DNA from: Trichosphaerium sp. ATCC 40318
Lineage: Eukaryota > Protista > Tubulinea
DNA: 64,000 bases
NCBI GenBank assembly: GCA_038496445.1
Contig: JALMLS010000507.1
Coordinates: forward strand, 682,001 to 746,000
Reading direction: 5' to 3'
The position numbers and the translations under genes are program-made. The notes under the pieces are model-generated. The model made no database searches, was not told where the DNA came from, and saw only the letters and a list, made by a program, of their open reading frames with translations. This document shows, one piece after another, positions 27,867 to 40,600 of this stretch (position 1 is the first letter of the stretch; each line of letters starts with the position of its first letter).

Positions 27867-28582
27867 CAGCCAACGCAAGTTTCCAGCTTTTCCAGCTTCT
27901 GTGGGTATAAGCAACGAAACTCGCGTATGTGACTTAACATGACAAGTTTTTATCGAAGATTAGCAGCATCATACATTGGATATGGTTTGCGCGTTGAAAT
28001 AGTTTCCAACTTTATGTAACTGCTGGTTTATTGAAAAAATCAATTGCAGTTTTTCTTTGCATGTGAATGTGGTACTAAACTTGTAAACAAGCTGGCTTTG
28101 TGCCGAAAAGACATTTCGATGGTTTATCACGTGACTGACTGTAATACACTCGTCAGTAATCTTTTTTCGTACCTACCGCTATTGTACAGCGTTATTGGTA
28201 GTAACTCGCGTATTTCCAGTATTGCGTATAGTTTTAGCTTTCGAATTGACACTTGATGTTCAAATACGTTGATATACTATGCCCATAGCATCAATGATAC
28301 AGAAAACGCGTCAAGACGTTTTAAAACAATAAATTATGGTTTTTGGGAAAGTAAAAGGTAAAAGAATCCACACCGCGTTTATAGCGTAAAATAAGCGTAT
28401 ACGAGACTTGGAGACCTACTTCAGCAGTTTCAAGCGGTTTTTTTTGTAAGTGGTACAAGTACATGCATTGTACGCTCGCACAGGACAAGGATGAGGTAGA
28501 TAGGCCACAAAAAAGTACATCAAATGTCATGTATTAAGTGAGATGTAAACAAGAATCGCGTACCTGTTACATCTAACGCTAA

Positions 28583-31500
28583 ATGACTGACACTGTTCTT
28601 ATTATTGGCTCAGGGGGTCGCGAAAGCTGCCTTGCTCATTCCCTGGCCAAAAGTAGCCAAATAGGCCGTTTGGTGGTTAGCCCAGTGCGTAGCATGTCAA
28701 CCTTTCAATCGTTCTGAATTGCGACAGGGAAATGGCGGTATTCCATCAATTCGATTACAAAATGGCTCCTACGCTGAGAACTTGGTGCTAAAAGAGTTTA
28801 CAGACATAATTACGTTTTGTACAACCCAAAAAGTGTCTCTTGTAGTTGTCGGACCAGAAGTACCTCTAGCGAACGGATTGGCTGGTGCGTTGATGCCAGA
28901 ACATCAATCAATAGGCTGTTGGTACAAATACGCCTAACACTTTGTAGATTCTCTCGAATCATCTGGAATACTATGCTGTGGGCCATCTAAAGCCGCTGCA
29001 GAAATTGAGAGCTCAAAAGCGTTTGCCAAAGACTTCATGACGCGCCATTCAATACCCACAGCTGCGTACAAGGTATTTACTAAAGCAAAAGAAGCAAAGA
29101 AGTACATTGATGACGTAGATCATGATGGTAAAGTGTTCATTTAATTGTTTTTTTCGAAACATCTTTATTTCGTTTTAACTCCTTTTTTAGTTGTTGTAAA
29201 AGCTTCTGGTCTTGCTGCAGGTAAAGGAGTACTCATGCCAAAAACGAAGGAGGAAGCAAAAGAAGCTGTATCCACAATAATGGAGGAAGAACAATTCGGC
29301 AATGCTGGTTCAGAAATAGTTATTGAGGAGTTGATGGAAGGTCCAGAAGCTTCGTTTTTCGTCTTTACTGTAAGAGAGTTCATACAAGATTTTACGGTTG
29401 ACCTAACTTATATTAAAGGATGGTACAAATTATATTCCTATGCCAGCTGCTCAAGACCATAAACGTATTGGTGAAGGTGATAAAGGGCTTAACACAGGCA
29501 AGAAGTTTTCTCTTTTTTTTCTTCTTTTTTTTTGTTTTCCAACGCCAAATTTTTGACTTTTATTTAGGTGGTATGGGTGCTTATGCTCCAGCACCAATCG
29601 TAACAGATGAAATTCGGGATGAAGTTATATCCAAGATTATTGAGCCAACCATCAATGGGATGAAAAAGGAAGGAAAACCATTCAAAGGATTCTTATTCGC
29701 TGGATTAATGTTGACAAAACAAGGTCCAAAGGTAATTGAGTTCAATTGCCGATTTGGTGACCCAGAGACTCAAGTTGTATTACCTCTGCTTGATAGTGAT
29801 TTATACACTATCGTACTTGCATGCGCAAAAGGAACGGTAAAGGCAGTGCCTCCTGTACAATGGAAAAAAGGTACAATCAAAGACCAGTTCTTTTCAATTT
29901 TTTTACGCTTTTCTGGCTGTCCACTTATACTTAACACTCTACGCAGGGTATGCCGCAACTGTTGTTATGGCATCCGGTGGATATCCAACAAAATATGAGA
30001 AGGGTAAAGTAATACAAGGAGTAGAAACAGCAGCAATGTTGAAAGACACATTTGTTTTCCACGCTGGAACTAAAAAAGATTCATCTGATCAACTTTTGAC
30101 AAACGGTGGTCGTGTATTAGCTGTATCAGCATTTGCTGATACACTACCTGGAGCTATCGGAAAGGCATATGTTGGCGTAGAGAAGATATCTTTTGAAAAA
30201 GCAGTTTTTCGCGGAGATATTGCTTCTCGTGCATTAGATTCTGTTAATATTGTTGTAATGGGTTCTACACGTGGAACAGACCTTCAAGCTATTATAGGTA
30301 TGTTCGTTAGTATTATTGCAATACAATTAAATCAAGTATTAAAGATGCAATTGAACAAAAGAGAGTGAAAGCAAATGTGAAATTAGTCATTTCGAATATC
30401 GAAGATGCATACATCCTGGAGCGTGGTATGTACTTTATACACCTTATAAATTAGAAAAGTTTACTAAAAGTATACTACTAGCTAAGAAACATGGGTTACA
30501 AAGCAAGTATATCAAATCAAACGGAAGAAAAAGAGCAAACTTTGAAAAAGATGTTATTGCAGCTATAAAAGAGCAAGGTGATATTGATATGATCTTTTTA
30601 ATTGGTTTCATGCGTGTCCTTACACCATTATTTACAAATACATTTTCAAACCGAATCATCGTACGTCTATCCAGAAGAAAACCTAAATCTTTATTCGATT
30701 GCCAACTTGTGAAATTCAAGTGCTTCTTAACTTATGTTTTGTTTCTAGAACGTACATCCAAGTTTGTTACCTGATTTTGCAGGTGGTATGGACCTTGATG
30801 TCCATCAAGTAGTTTTAGACTCAAAACGTAAAGTCACTGGATGTACAATACATCTTGTTGATGATAACGTTGATGGAGGACAAATCTTAATACAAAAAAA
30901 ATGTAATATTGATGAAAACGAGACAAAAGAAACACTGAAAGCAAAAGTCCAAGCATTGGAGGGTGAAGCTTTTATTACTGCTATAAGAAGATATCAGCAC
31001 AACCGGTTACTTCCTCAAACGTATAAACAAACAGGTGTCGACATTGAGAAAGGTACAAGAAGAAGAAAAAGTGTTTCGTTATTTTTTTGTGATTTTCAAT
31101 GGCGACGTACTTACGAATGGTTTTCACAATAGGTGATAAACTCGTTGATAAAATTAAACCTATGGCCGCTTCCACTAAGAGGCTAGGTGGCATGGGTGGT
31201 ATTGGAGGGTATGTTTTTCAACAGAAGGAATTAAGAGAGGTTGACAGTATGTTGTAGATTTGGCGGTCTTTTTGATCTCAAAGCAGCCGGATACGAAGAT
31301 CCTATTTTGGTTTCAGGAACAGATGGAGTTGGCACAAAACTACTCCTCGCTATTGAAGCCAATAAACACGATACTATTGGTATTGACCTTGTTGCAATGA
31401 GCGTCAATGATATCATCGTACAAGGTAATTTTCTTCAGCAACCAATTTCGTAAAACAAGTTTAAATACTAATTTTCTTTTCGAAGGTGCTGAACCTTTGT

Positions 31501-32371
31501 TTTTCCTCGACTACTTTGCTACAGGACATCTTGAGATGGATGTTGCTGCTAAGGTTGTTGCAAGCGTAGCAGATGGTTGTAAAAAAGCTGGTTGCGCTTT
31601 ACTTGGTGGTGAGACTGCTGAGATGCCTGATATGTATCCAGATGGTCATTACGATCTAGCAGGTTTTGCTGGTAAGAACAAAAAACGAGACAAAATTGTT
31701 TGCTAAGAGTCTTGTAGTTGGAGCTGTTGATAGATCCAAGATGCTTCCTAAGAAGGATGATATGGTGAGTGGTGATGTATTGATTGGACTTCCTTCTTCT
31801 GGTATCCACTCAAATGGATATTCACTCGTCAGAAGAGTAATCAGCAATTGCACATTAAGCCTGTCTGATCCACCTCCATTTAAGTCTTCAAAAGCCACTT
31901 TTGGTGAAGTTCTTTTGGAACCTACTAAAGTATATATGAAAGCTCTTTTACCACTTGTAAAAGCTGGACTATTGAAAGGTCTATCTCATATTACAGGAGG
32001 TGGTATTCCTGGAAACTTATCACGTAAGTAGACAAACGAAACCAATCTAGTTTTTGTTCTTCAAAACTGACCTTTTGTGGCTAGGTGCACTACCAGATTC
32101 TCTAGCAGCTGTTGTAGATATGGAAAAATGGGAAGTACCTGAGATATTCAAGTGGTTAGTATCATTCGGTTGTTTATCTAACGTCCATGACGTTTTGAAT
32201 ACATTCAACAGTGGTATTGGTATGGTTTTAATAGTTGATTCATCAAAAGTCTCTCAAGTGACGTCTCTCCTTGATGAGTCTAATGAAGAATATCATGTGA
32301 TTGGTAAACTTGTAGAGAAAGGTAAACATACACCAAAGGTTCTTGTAGAGAACACTCATGTTCTGTACTAA
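28583..32371 (+). CDS. Trifunctional purine biosynthesis enzyme, order GARS(PurD)-GART(PurN)-AIRS(PurM)
   Basis: PurD: [60 protein letters not shown]. PurN: [32 protein letters not shown]. PurM: [51 protein letters not shown]. Confidence 0.95.
29498..29567 (+). other. GC-AG intron in the PurD domain
   Basis: Needed to rebuild the invariant NTGGMGAY motif (ACA G|gcaaga...tttag|GT GGT ATG). Confidence 0.85.
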
Positions 32372-32591
32372 TAAAAGCACTCCATTTTTTTCAACACCGA
32401 CGGAAAAACTGAGCAAGATCTGTCCATGTTTCCAACGAAAACGATAAATAGTAAATACTAGGGAAGTAGAAATACTACATCAACCTCCATAATCAATCAA
32501 CATCGAACATGGTAACGGTTTTAAAACCAAGATATCATTAAACAAAGTCAACTTAGTTCAAATGTATGTCATCTAATTTTAGCCACTTGCA

Positions 32592-33734
32592 ATGACAAGC
32601 ACAGAAGGAAGAAAAACACCTTTGTGCGTTTTAGTACAGAAACAGCTCTTTTGTTCTCTAATCGTTTACTACGTGTATTAGTGCACAAACTAGCATTTTA
32701 GAACTACCTACAGAGATTTTAGCAGGAATTCTAAGTCTGACGACATTATCGCGATTTCCTGCTTGCCAAACATGTCATCGCTTTGCTTTTATCATTCGCG
32801 CCGTTATTGGATACTCTAAGATAACGATTAAGACAGAAGCGCAAGCAAAATCGGTTGCAAAACACAACGGGATCCTCAAACATACAGAAATCGTCTTACA
32901 CAACTGTATTTCAGTAGAAGATGAAGGCATCATCAAAGCTCTGAAAGGTGCACATGCGATCGATCTCAGTCATTGCGAGAACATTACTGCTGAAGCCTTC
33001 AAAGCAATTGCTGGAGTTCATACCATTAGTCTTTATGGTGCTTCTATTACAGATGAATGCATCAAAGCATTAGCTGGTGTTTATTCGATTGACCTATCAG
33101 AAACAAAGGTAACAGATGAAGGTATTAAGGTGCTTGCTGGAGTTCATACCATTAATCTTACAAGTACGTTGGTGACAGATGAAGGTGTCAAAGCACTTGC
33201 TGGGGTTCATAAAATAGTACTTGATGACACTGCTGTAACTGATAAAGGCATCAAGGCACTTAAAGGCGTACATACCATCTCTCTCAATAACACCAAGGTC
33301 AGTGATGAAGGGTTAAAAGCACTTATTGGCGTACACTACATTGAACTTTGTGGATGTGACTGGTTTCGTGTTGAAGGAATTATAGCTCTCAGAGGTGTTC
33401 ACACAATTACACTTACTGAACCAAGAGATGAATGGCTTATTTATCTTGAAAATGTACATACCATTCATATTGATTCACAGTATACAACAGATGAAGGAAT
33501 CCAAGTATTATCAAAAGTTAAAGGCCTGAGTTTATGGGGAGCTGATGTTACAGATTCAGGTTTAAAGAACTTTACAAATCTTGAATCTCTTGAACTTTCT
33601 GATTGTCAGTCTATGACAAACGATTGCTTGAGCATTTAGTATCTTTGAAAAGTATTGAAGTTTGTCAGAAGTCCCAGATCACCAAAGAAGCTTGTGAATC
33701 AATTGGTATCAAGTATACACAATCTCATTATTAA
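32592..33734 (+). CDS. F-box + 21-residue LRR protein; apparent 1-nt deletion near 33628 (literal frame stops at 33639)
   Basis: ILELPTEILAGILSL F-box after one short 5' intron, then about 11 repeats of GVHTIxLxxTxVTDEGIKAL in a single ~1-kb exon. Confidence 0.8.
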
Positions 33735-34259
33735 TATAGCTGTAAAGCTAACGCTATCTAGTATAATAAAATGTATGCGTTTAAATCTACTTATACCTTA
33801 ATGAGTCTGCGGAAATCACGTGTAACAGAACGTTGTTAACTATGTACTAACTAGTTTATTATCATACACGAGATCTCTCGTAGCACATTCTTTGTTATTG
33901 CATTCTGAAACGTTAAACGGCACACGAAAGATGAGAATACGTGTAAGAGACGTGGTCTTAGTTGCAAGATAACAGCGTAATTTATTAGTTCGTGACATAC
34001 GTTATTACATTCCGAGAATACATTTTGTGTATTTCGTCAAAGTTCACAGTGAAGTCTTGGTGGAAATGTTGGTACTGAATATGGTAAGTCAGTGATGTTT
34101 CACGTTTACATTAACTTGGTATACTCGAGTTCTCACTAAGCTCGTGCTCTTAGTAGCTCGAAGATGGTTAGTTGAATTCGTCGTGAGAGCGCCAAACCTG
34201 CGAAATTTCTCAACTTAAGCTAAGGAGTTTCTTATTGTTCTATTTTTAAAGATACACAA

Positions 34260-35940
34260 ATGGCAGACAATAAGGAAGCTGAGCGTAGAGAAAAACATAA
34301 AGCAGTTGGAAAACACTTTGCTGAGTATCCCTCATTCAACAACGCCAAGAAGAAGGTAGTTAGGAGCGTTCTGAAGCAAGAAGGGGCAGAAGAGGTGACA
34401 TGGTACTAAAATACTACTTAGAGGTTTTAGAACTAACGTAAGTGCTCTAGGATAGCGTTGGAGAAAGTCCACGGTTGTAATTTTACCTTCTTGTGTGATG
34501 AGTCTCTTCACGTTGTTTGCGCGCGTAGAAACGCTGTTCTAGACCCTGCGGAGACATTTTTTTCGTGGCAGACCGTGCGCATTTGTTTTAGCTTCTCTAG
34601 ATCTACTTACAAGTGTCTCAGATATATAAATCTCATGTTGACGGTGTAAAATCGATTATGAAGGAAGTACAGAGCGAAAGGGAAGTAAAAGCGCTATCTA
34701 TTATTGGAGAGTTCTTTGGTGGTGCTTACCCACACCCTGACGTAGAAGACACAGGAATACAACCCCTTCAGAAGGTTTGTGAATCCTTTAAATATTTTTC
34801 AATGAACGTTTTATTTTTGTACACAATGCTCCGTTTATAGATTTTTTTAATCAAAGTTAGGGTGTGTACTACTCAGCACAGCTTGGATTCTATGCATTTG
34901 ATATTAAACTAACTCTTCCAGATGACACTACTTGTTGGATGGTACGTCTTTTTAAGCAGCCTGTATTATTTTCGGATGCTTTTTTTGACTTATTTTGTAG
35001 GATTATGATAAGGCAATGGCCCTTTTTAAGAAATATGGTTTCTTTTATGCTGAGCCACTTGTGTCTGGTACACTTGATGAATGCTTCGAGTTTGATATTA
35101 AGGTGAGTACTCGAGAATAAGCATTTGATTAAAATATTGACATTTTAATCACAGATAAACAGTACAATCCCTAAAAAACTGGGACTTCCTAAGCTCACTA
35201 TACAAAACCAGATCGAAGGTGTTGTTGTAAAGTCTATTCAGAACTTCGGCGTATGTTGTGCTATTGTAGCTGTAAATTGTCTGTACATTAACAAGTTTTC
35301 TTAGATGAACAGGAAAGGTACTAAGGTTCGTTGTATCTACAAGAGAAAGAATGCGTACGTCTAACTTTTTTTTTGTTTTGTGCCATTAGAGTCATGAAAA
35401 ATCTTTTGGATTGTATCCTTTTTATTACTTGGGTAAAAAACAACTCAAAGACCGACTTCAATGTTGTCAAAATTGTAACGAAGGTCAACATGTTGCAAAA
35501 AAAGAATGACTTTGATAAACTTTTTTGTTGATCTATTTTTAGGAAATTTGCAGAAGTAAACCCGAAGATGACTACAAAGTACGAAAAGAAGGTAAAAGAG
35601 GTATCAGAAGCAATATCAAGATCTTATGAAGAACTTGATAGATATATTAACGAGAACAGACTTGATAATCTCCAGGTACAACTAAGTTCTTAACAAACAA
35701 AAAAAAAACCAAAGTTTACATTATTTTAATAATCGTTTTGCTTAGTCAAAGATTGGACCTGTTACGAATGACAACAAAGTTAAAGCAGGGGAGCTACTAA
35801 GAGATGATGCAATAAAGGATTTCGTTATTGATAACGAGGACATGTGGGCAATTATTCCGGAAGAAAAACAAGCTATTATTAGAAAGAATACTCTATCTAA
35901 AGTGAACGCATTCATTACTGGTTATCTAGCAAAACAATAA
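34260..35940 (+). CDS. Rnl2-family ATP-dependent RNA ligase (T4 Rnl2 / kinetoplastid REL-like)
   Basis: Motif I EKVHGCNF, III GEFFGGAYPHPDV, IIIa FYAFDI, IV IEGVVVK, V YKRKN..FAE and C-domain YINENRLDNLQSKIG, spread over about 9 exons. Confidence 0.9.
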
Positions 35941-36257
35941 ACAATGTCTTGTACTATCATTGCACTAGTTTAATTAAAGTGTGTCTTGTACTGAGTGGAT
36001 GCTCTGTTAACCTAGTGGCTGACTGTACGTGCACAAGAAGGGCAGGGATTTTGGGATTTTTTTACTTTTAGTTGAGAATCTTGCAATCGATCGCTTTTGT
36101 CACTTGGTGCTTCCGCTTTAGTTCTACAACTCCACATGTTACATACACAATTATTTATTCTTGTACATGACCACGTGTTTCCACAAAAACCCGCTAAATA
36201 AAGAGATGTTATGTTTGCTCCCTATGTTGGTTTTTTTTCTCTGAAAAGAAGTCGGAG

Positions 36258-37290
36258 TTAGTCCCACTTAGCATTCCTTGGTAAGTAATCATTTTCACTG
36301 TTATCATTACAAAAGTAGAGAAATGAGAATCCAATACTAACACAACAATGCCTATGAAGAAAAAAAAGAAGTTAACACCGTGGAAGACAAGAAACGAAAA
36401 AACACTCAAAAAAAAATGGTACAAAGGAGAAAAAAAAAGAGAAAATTAGGATGCCTTTCAGGCGCAACCCGTACCACAAATTGTGCCAAAATCTGTTTAT
36501 CTTATACTGTGAGATAAGTACATAATCATTCTTATCATCAAGCCCTTGAATAAAGCACACCAAACCCAAGAAAAACCAAAACAAACCATAGTATATTTGC
36601 TTATTATATTTAGGCATCTGTAATGTAAAAAGGTAACTTCCAACAAAAAGAATACCAGCAGGTACTATTGGCAGTATTGTATAAGTGACATCCCATGGAC
36701 TGTATTCTTGACACCATAAGCAAAACCACATGAGAACCCATCTAGGTATAGTCAGTGATCGAGCGTCGAGAGATCATTTGGAGAGCGAATTTCTTCACGT
36801 TCAAAATTTTGCAACAAAAACGGAACTTTCGAGAAGTGAAGTGGGTTTTTGACGTAGTTGTCGCAGTACCGTATTGACCATATTGTTTGCTTGTCTCTAA
36901 AGTTGGATAGATGAATAAGAAGCCATTGCATAGACACAACGGCCGCTATATTGTCTAAGCGATGCCACTGACCATCATTCATGCCTAACTGAGCGTGAGA
37001 CGTTATAATTCTGATTGTAAACGCTTTTTAAGCGAGAAGAGTTTTTTTCTGTTCAAAACGCATGTACCTAGCATTCTAGCCTCTGGTACATTACGCTTTC
37101 GCCCCACGTTCAATATTTCAGTAATATGGTACATAAGCGATATAACACCAGCGAGTGAAGAAGTAAATATCTCGTACGCTCCCTTTTTAAGCCCTACGTT
37201 GTACCAGACTATTACTGGTCCAAGGAAAAACGTAATATTTGTAAGGACCGTGTAGGCCATGTCTACTTGCTGTGCTACGCTTAGCGCCAT
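36258..37290 (-). CDS. TMEM8/PGAP6/myomaker-like (CREST superfamily) multipass membrane protein
   Basis: TVLTN, SLMYH, WHRLDNI, GLDDKNDY, RFWHNLWH and about 7 hydrophobic segments. Confidence 0.8.
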
Positions 37291-37627
37291 CACGGTTACA
37301 AGCTTTACGTAGTAAACACTAATAACGACTATAATTGAGTTGACTGCGCTATTTTGAGTTTCAGATTAACCTCAACGAACTAGAAATGTTGAATACCGCG
37401 AGCATGCTAACACGTGTTGAAGCAATCAGGATCTTAATATAAACTACAAACAATTGAAATGAGTACATTTTTGGAACTATAAGGATAGCTTTTTATTTAA
37501 AGTGCTAAGCGCAGTGTTTTCGATGCAACCGGGAGATTGATCAGGTTTAAACTCTAGAGTGTTTCTAAGCCTCTATGAATAGTGCACCTGAAAATCGAAG
37601 ACGAAGTGAACCTTTTTACATTTTTGT

Positions 37628-40600
37628 TTACAAATTAAAATACTTTGGGACATGTGATCCAAACGACTTTTGTACAACTTTTGTTATCTCTTTCTTACTT
37701 ATTTCTGATAAATCAGTCTTCGCAGCAAGGGCTATATGAAAACCAACACAAGTGCTCCTAATAGAGTTGTTTTAAACAGATAAAAACCAAAAAAAAAGTA
37801 CACCTAAAAATAAAATCCAAACAAACAGTACCTAAACAACGGAATTATTCCCGACAATCTTGCTCTGTCAATCACTTTAGCTTGTTCGCCCAACCAAGGT
37901 AATAGTAGGAACCTTACACGATCACCAGGCCTTCTTTTTGAAGAAATTGGGATAAAATCAGTGCCAACAATCCTAAAAAGAAAAAAGTCATTTTAACACA
38001 TTGCCAAATTCTTTCTAACCGTATAGCAATCAGAACGATACTACTCTCTGTACAATACGCATGGAGGCTTTTCATACTATTAGGCGACTTTCCAAGCTAT
38101 TAGAAATGCGTTAGGGAACAGTAAATATTGATGATCGTGTACCAGTGTTAAGGCTCCTTTAGTGTAAGAAAAAGCGAAAATATTTGTATCGTTGTCTTCA
38201 TCTACAAGTTCTTTCCAAGCTTCTTTAACTTGTCTAAAATCCACTACATGAAGGAAAGGCTTTTTATTCCCCTGCAGGCAACGTTAAAAATATTGTTTGG
38301 GAGCACAAAAATAAGAAGATTATAAGAACCTTTGCTGCTTGTTGGACATTCATTTGATTCTTACTTGTAATGTCTTTTCTTGCTTGTTTTGTTTTTTCTT
38401 GGTATTGTTTACTATCATTATCACCAAGATACATCCTTCTTCGCTCTAAGTAATGGTGAGTGAATGCAATATTTAAATATGTCTATTAAAACCTCGTGTT
38501 TCTTGAAGCTTTTGGTTTTTGAGCTTGGTTGATTTTTTCATTTCGACAGCTTTTTCTTCATCTTTGATAACATGTGCATCTACGTCATAGTATTCTTTGG
38601 GGAATAAAACATCTATTTCTTCATCATCTTCTTCATTAGAAATATATGATAAAGTGTGAGAAGGTTGGTCATCCGTGCTATCTGAAGACTCAGTAATGTA
38701 AGCAAAGTTCTTGTCTCTTTGTTCAGCTTGAAAAAAATTTGTTAGTTTTTGTATTACAAGTCTTTTAACATTGTACATTCACTGCTCGTGTCCGATAAAT
38801 CATCCAGGAGATTTTCCTTCAAGACGCCAGGATTTGAGTAGTTGCTTGCTAAATAACTTTTTGAGCTTACTTTGTGATGTGTAAGCACGTACTTTCACTA
38901 ACACGTAAATTTTCTTTGAAATATGGCGGTTGTAACTTTGTTCCTGTTTTAGCCATAGATTCATTAGCTACATATGCTCTTTTATGTTGTTTCTTCGTCA
39001 TGTGAGCGCGTTTTTTATTAGGAAGGGCGCGTGGTCTGAAAACCAAGTCAACAGGAAGACATTCATTGGTAACTTAAAATGAAAGTTAGACATAGAATAA
39101 AAGTGAAGATTATGTACCGGCAGGGTATATATCAGGAAACAATTTATGCTTTATCTTTGCAATAGATAACTCTTTAACGCTGGCAATCTTTCTGCCGTCC
39201 ATTATGATGTTAATTAAGCTAGGTATCTCTAAACAACTATTTAATAAAAAACTAGTTTTTTATGAAACTAAAGGTACACTCACCTCTCATAATATATGCA
39301 AGTCCAGACTTGTCTAAATAATCCATTGCATTTTTCTCATCGAATACAAGTGTTTCAAAGTACTTCAAATCCTTCAGAACAAGAATAGGCCTCGCTCCTA
39401 TTTTACAAGAATAAGCCTTTTTTTTCTCACAATTTTCGTGTTTTAGGTTAATGTACCAAGACGAATCTTGCCAATGTGTCTAATGTTAGGTCTTGTAGCC
39501 GCAATGTACTCAAGAAATTTTGTTTTGAAGCCTCTGAGATTTGAGAGTTCTATAAACTCTGTTTCTGGATACACTTCATCGAAAGGTAACTTAGAAATGA
39601 GTTCATGTGGCTTCAATGAACACTCTGTTGAAGTACTTGTTGCCAACTTAATATGTTTCAAAGCTAAAAATACAATAAGTTGTGGTGTAAATAGTTTAGT
39701 CACGTGCTTTTGCATTGGAATATTGACAAAACTGTAGATAGCGGTAATTCACTTATATCTTCTAAATCAATATGCTCTAAAGTTGTTGTTTGTCGCAGCA
39801 ATGGTTCAATAGAATCGCCACCTAGTTTATTAAATTTAATTCGAAGATACTTGAGATGCTTAAGCTCGACTAATGGTACTGTAAATTGTCTACAACAAAC
39901 GTAAGATTCAAACAGTATCGCAGTGAATATGTACACTCTAAAGTTAGGACCTATCATGAGCGTAAGGTGTTTGATATTACTGCAATACTTAATGAAATGA
40001 CTTAAGTTACATTCTGCATTAACATTGCTAAAATCTAGTTTAGTCAAACTCTCACGCCATACACAAGATTTCATAGTTTCTTCTGAGAAAATGTCTTGGT
40101 TTTCTCCTTTTCTATAAAGAAACGTAAATAAGTGTTAATATGGGCACAGGACTTGACTTACAAACGAAATTGTGCAATCGCAAGTATCTTTAACTTTGGA
40201 AACATTGTACACAATTTGTTCATATCGTCAACGGTTTTACGTGCACTTGTAGTCTTGAACGAAGTCAGATTTACAAGATGGTCAATGGACTTTAGGATCT
40301 ATAACACGTTTAGAAAAAAACCAACTGGAGAATCCTCAACAAAACAGGTTCATAAAGTATTGACAAAGCAACGTACCTCACTCATCATCAGAGCACCTTC
40401 ACACGAAAAGGAAGTGCATGTGCTAGGCAAACAAGAAAATAAAGGTTCAGCACACCCTACTTTGTACAGTCCGGTTATGTTGAACTCTTCCAAATGAGGC
40501 TAAAGTAGCTAAGTAATAACTTAGGATGAAACCGAGCTAAACTTACAGGAAATATATCACTACAATCTGGAATATTTTTCAAGCTGTTTCTACCCAAATA

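Noticed and set aside
37628-39001. Separate coactosin-like gene starting at ATG 39001
   Set aside because: The upstream LRR exon splices in frame into this ATG, and there is no room for a terminator and promoter.
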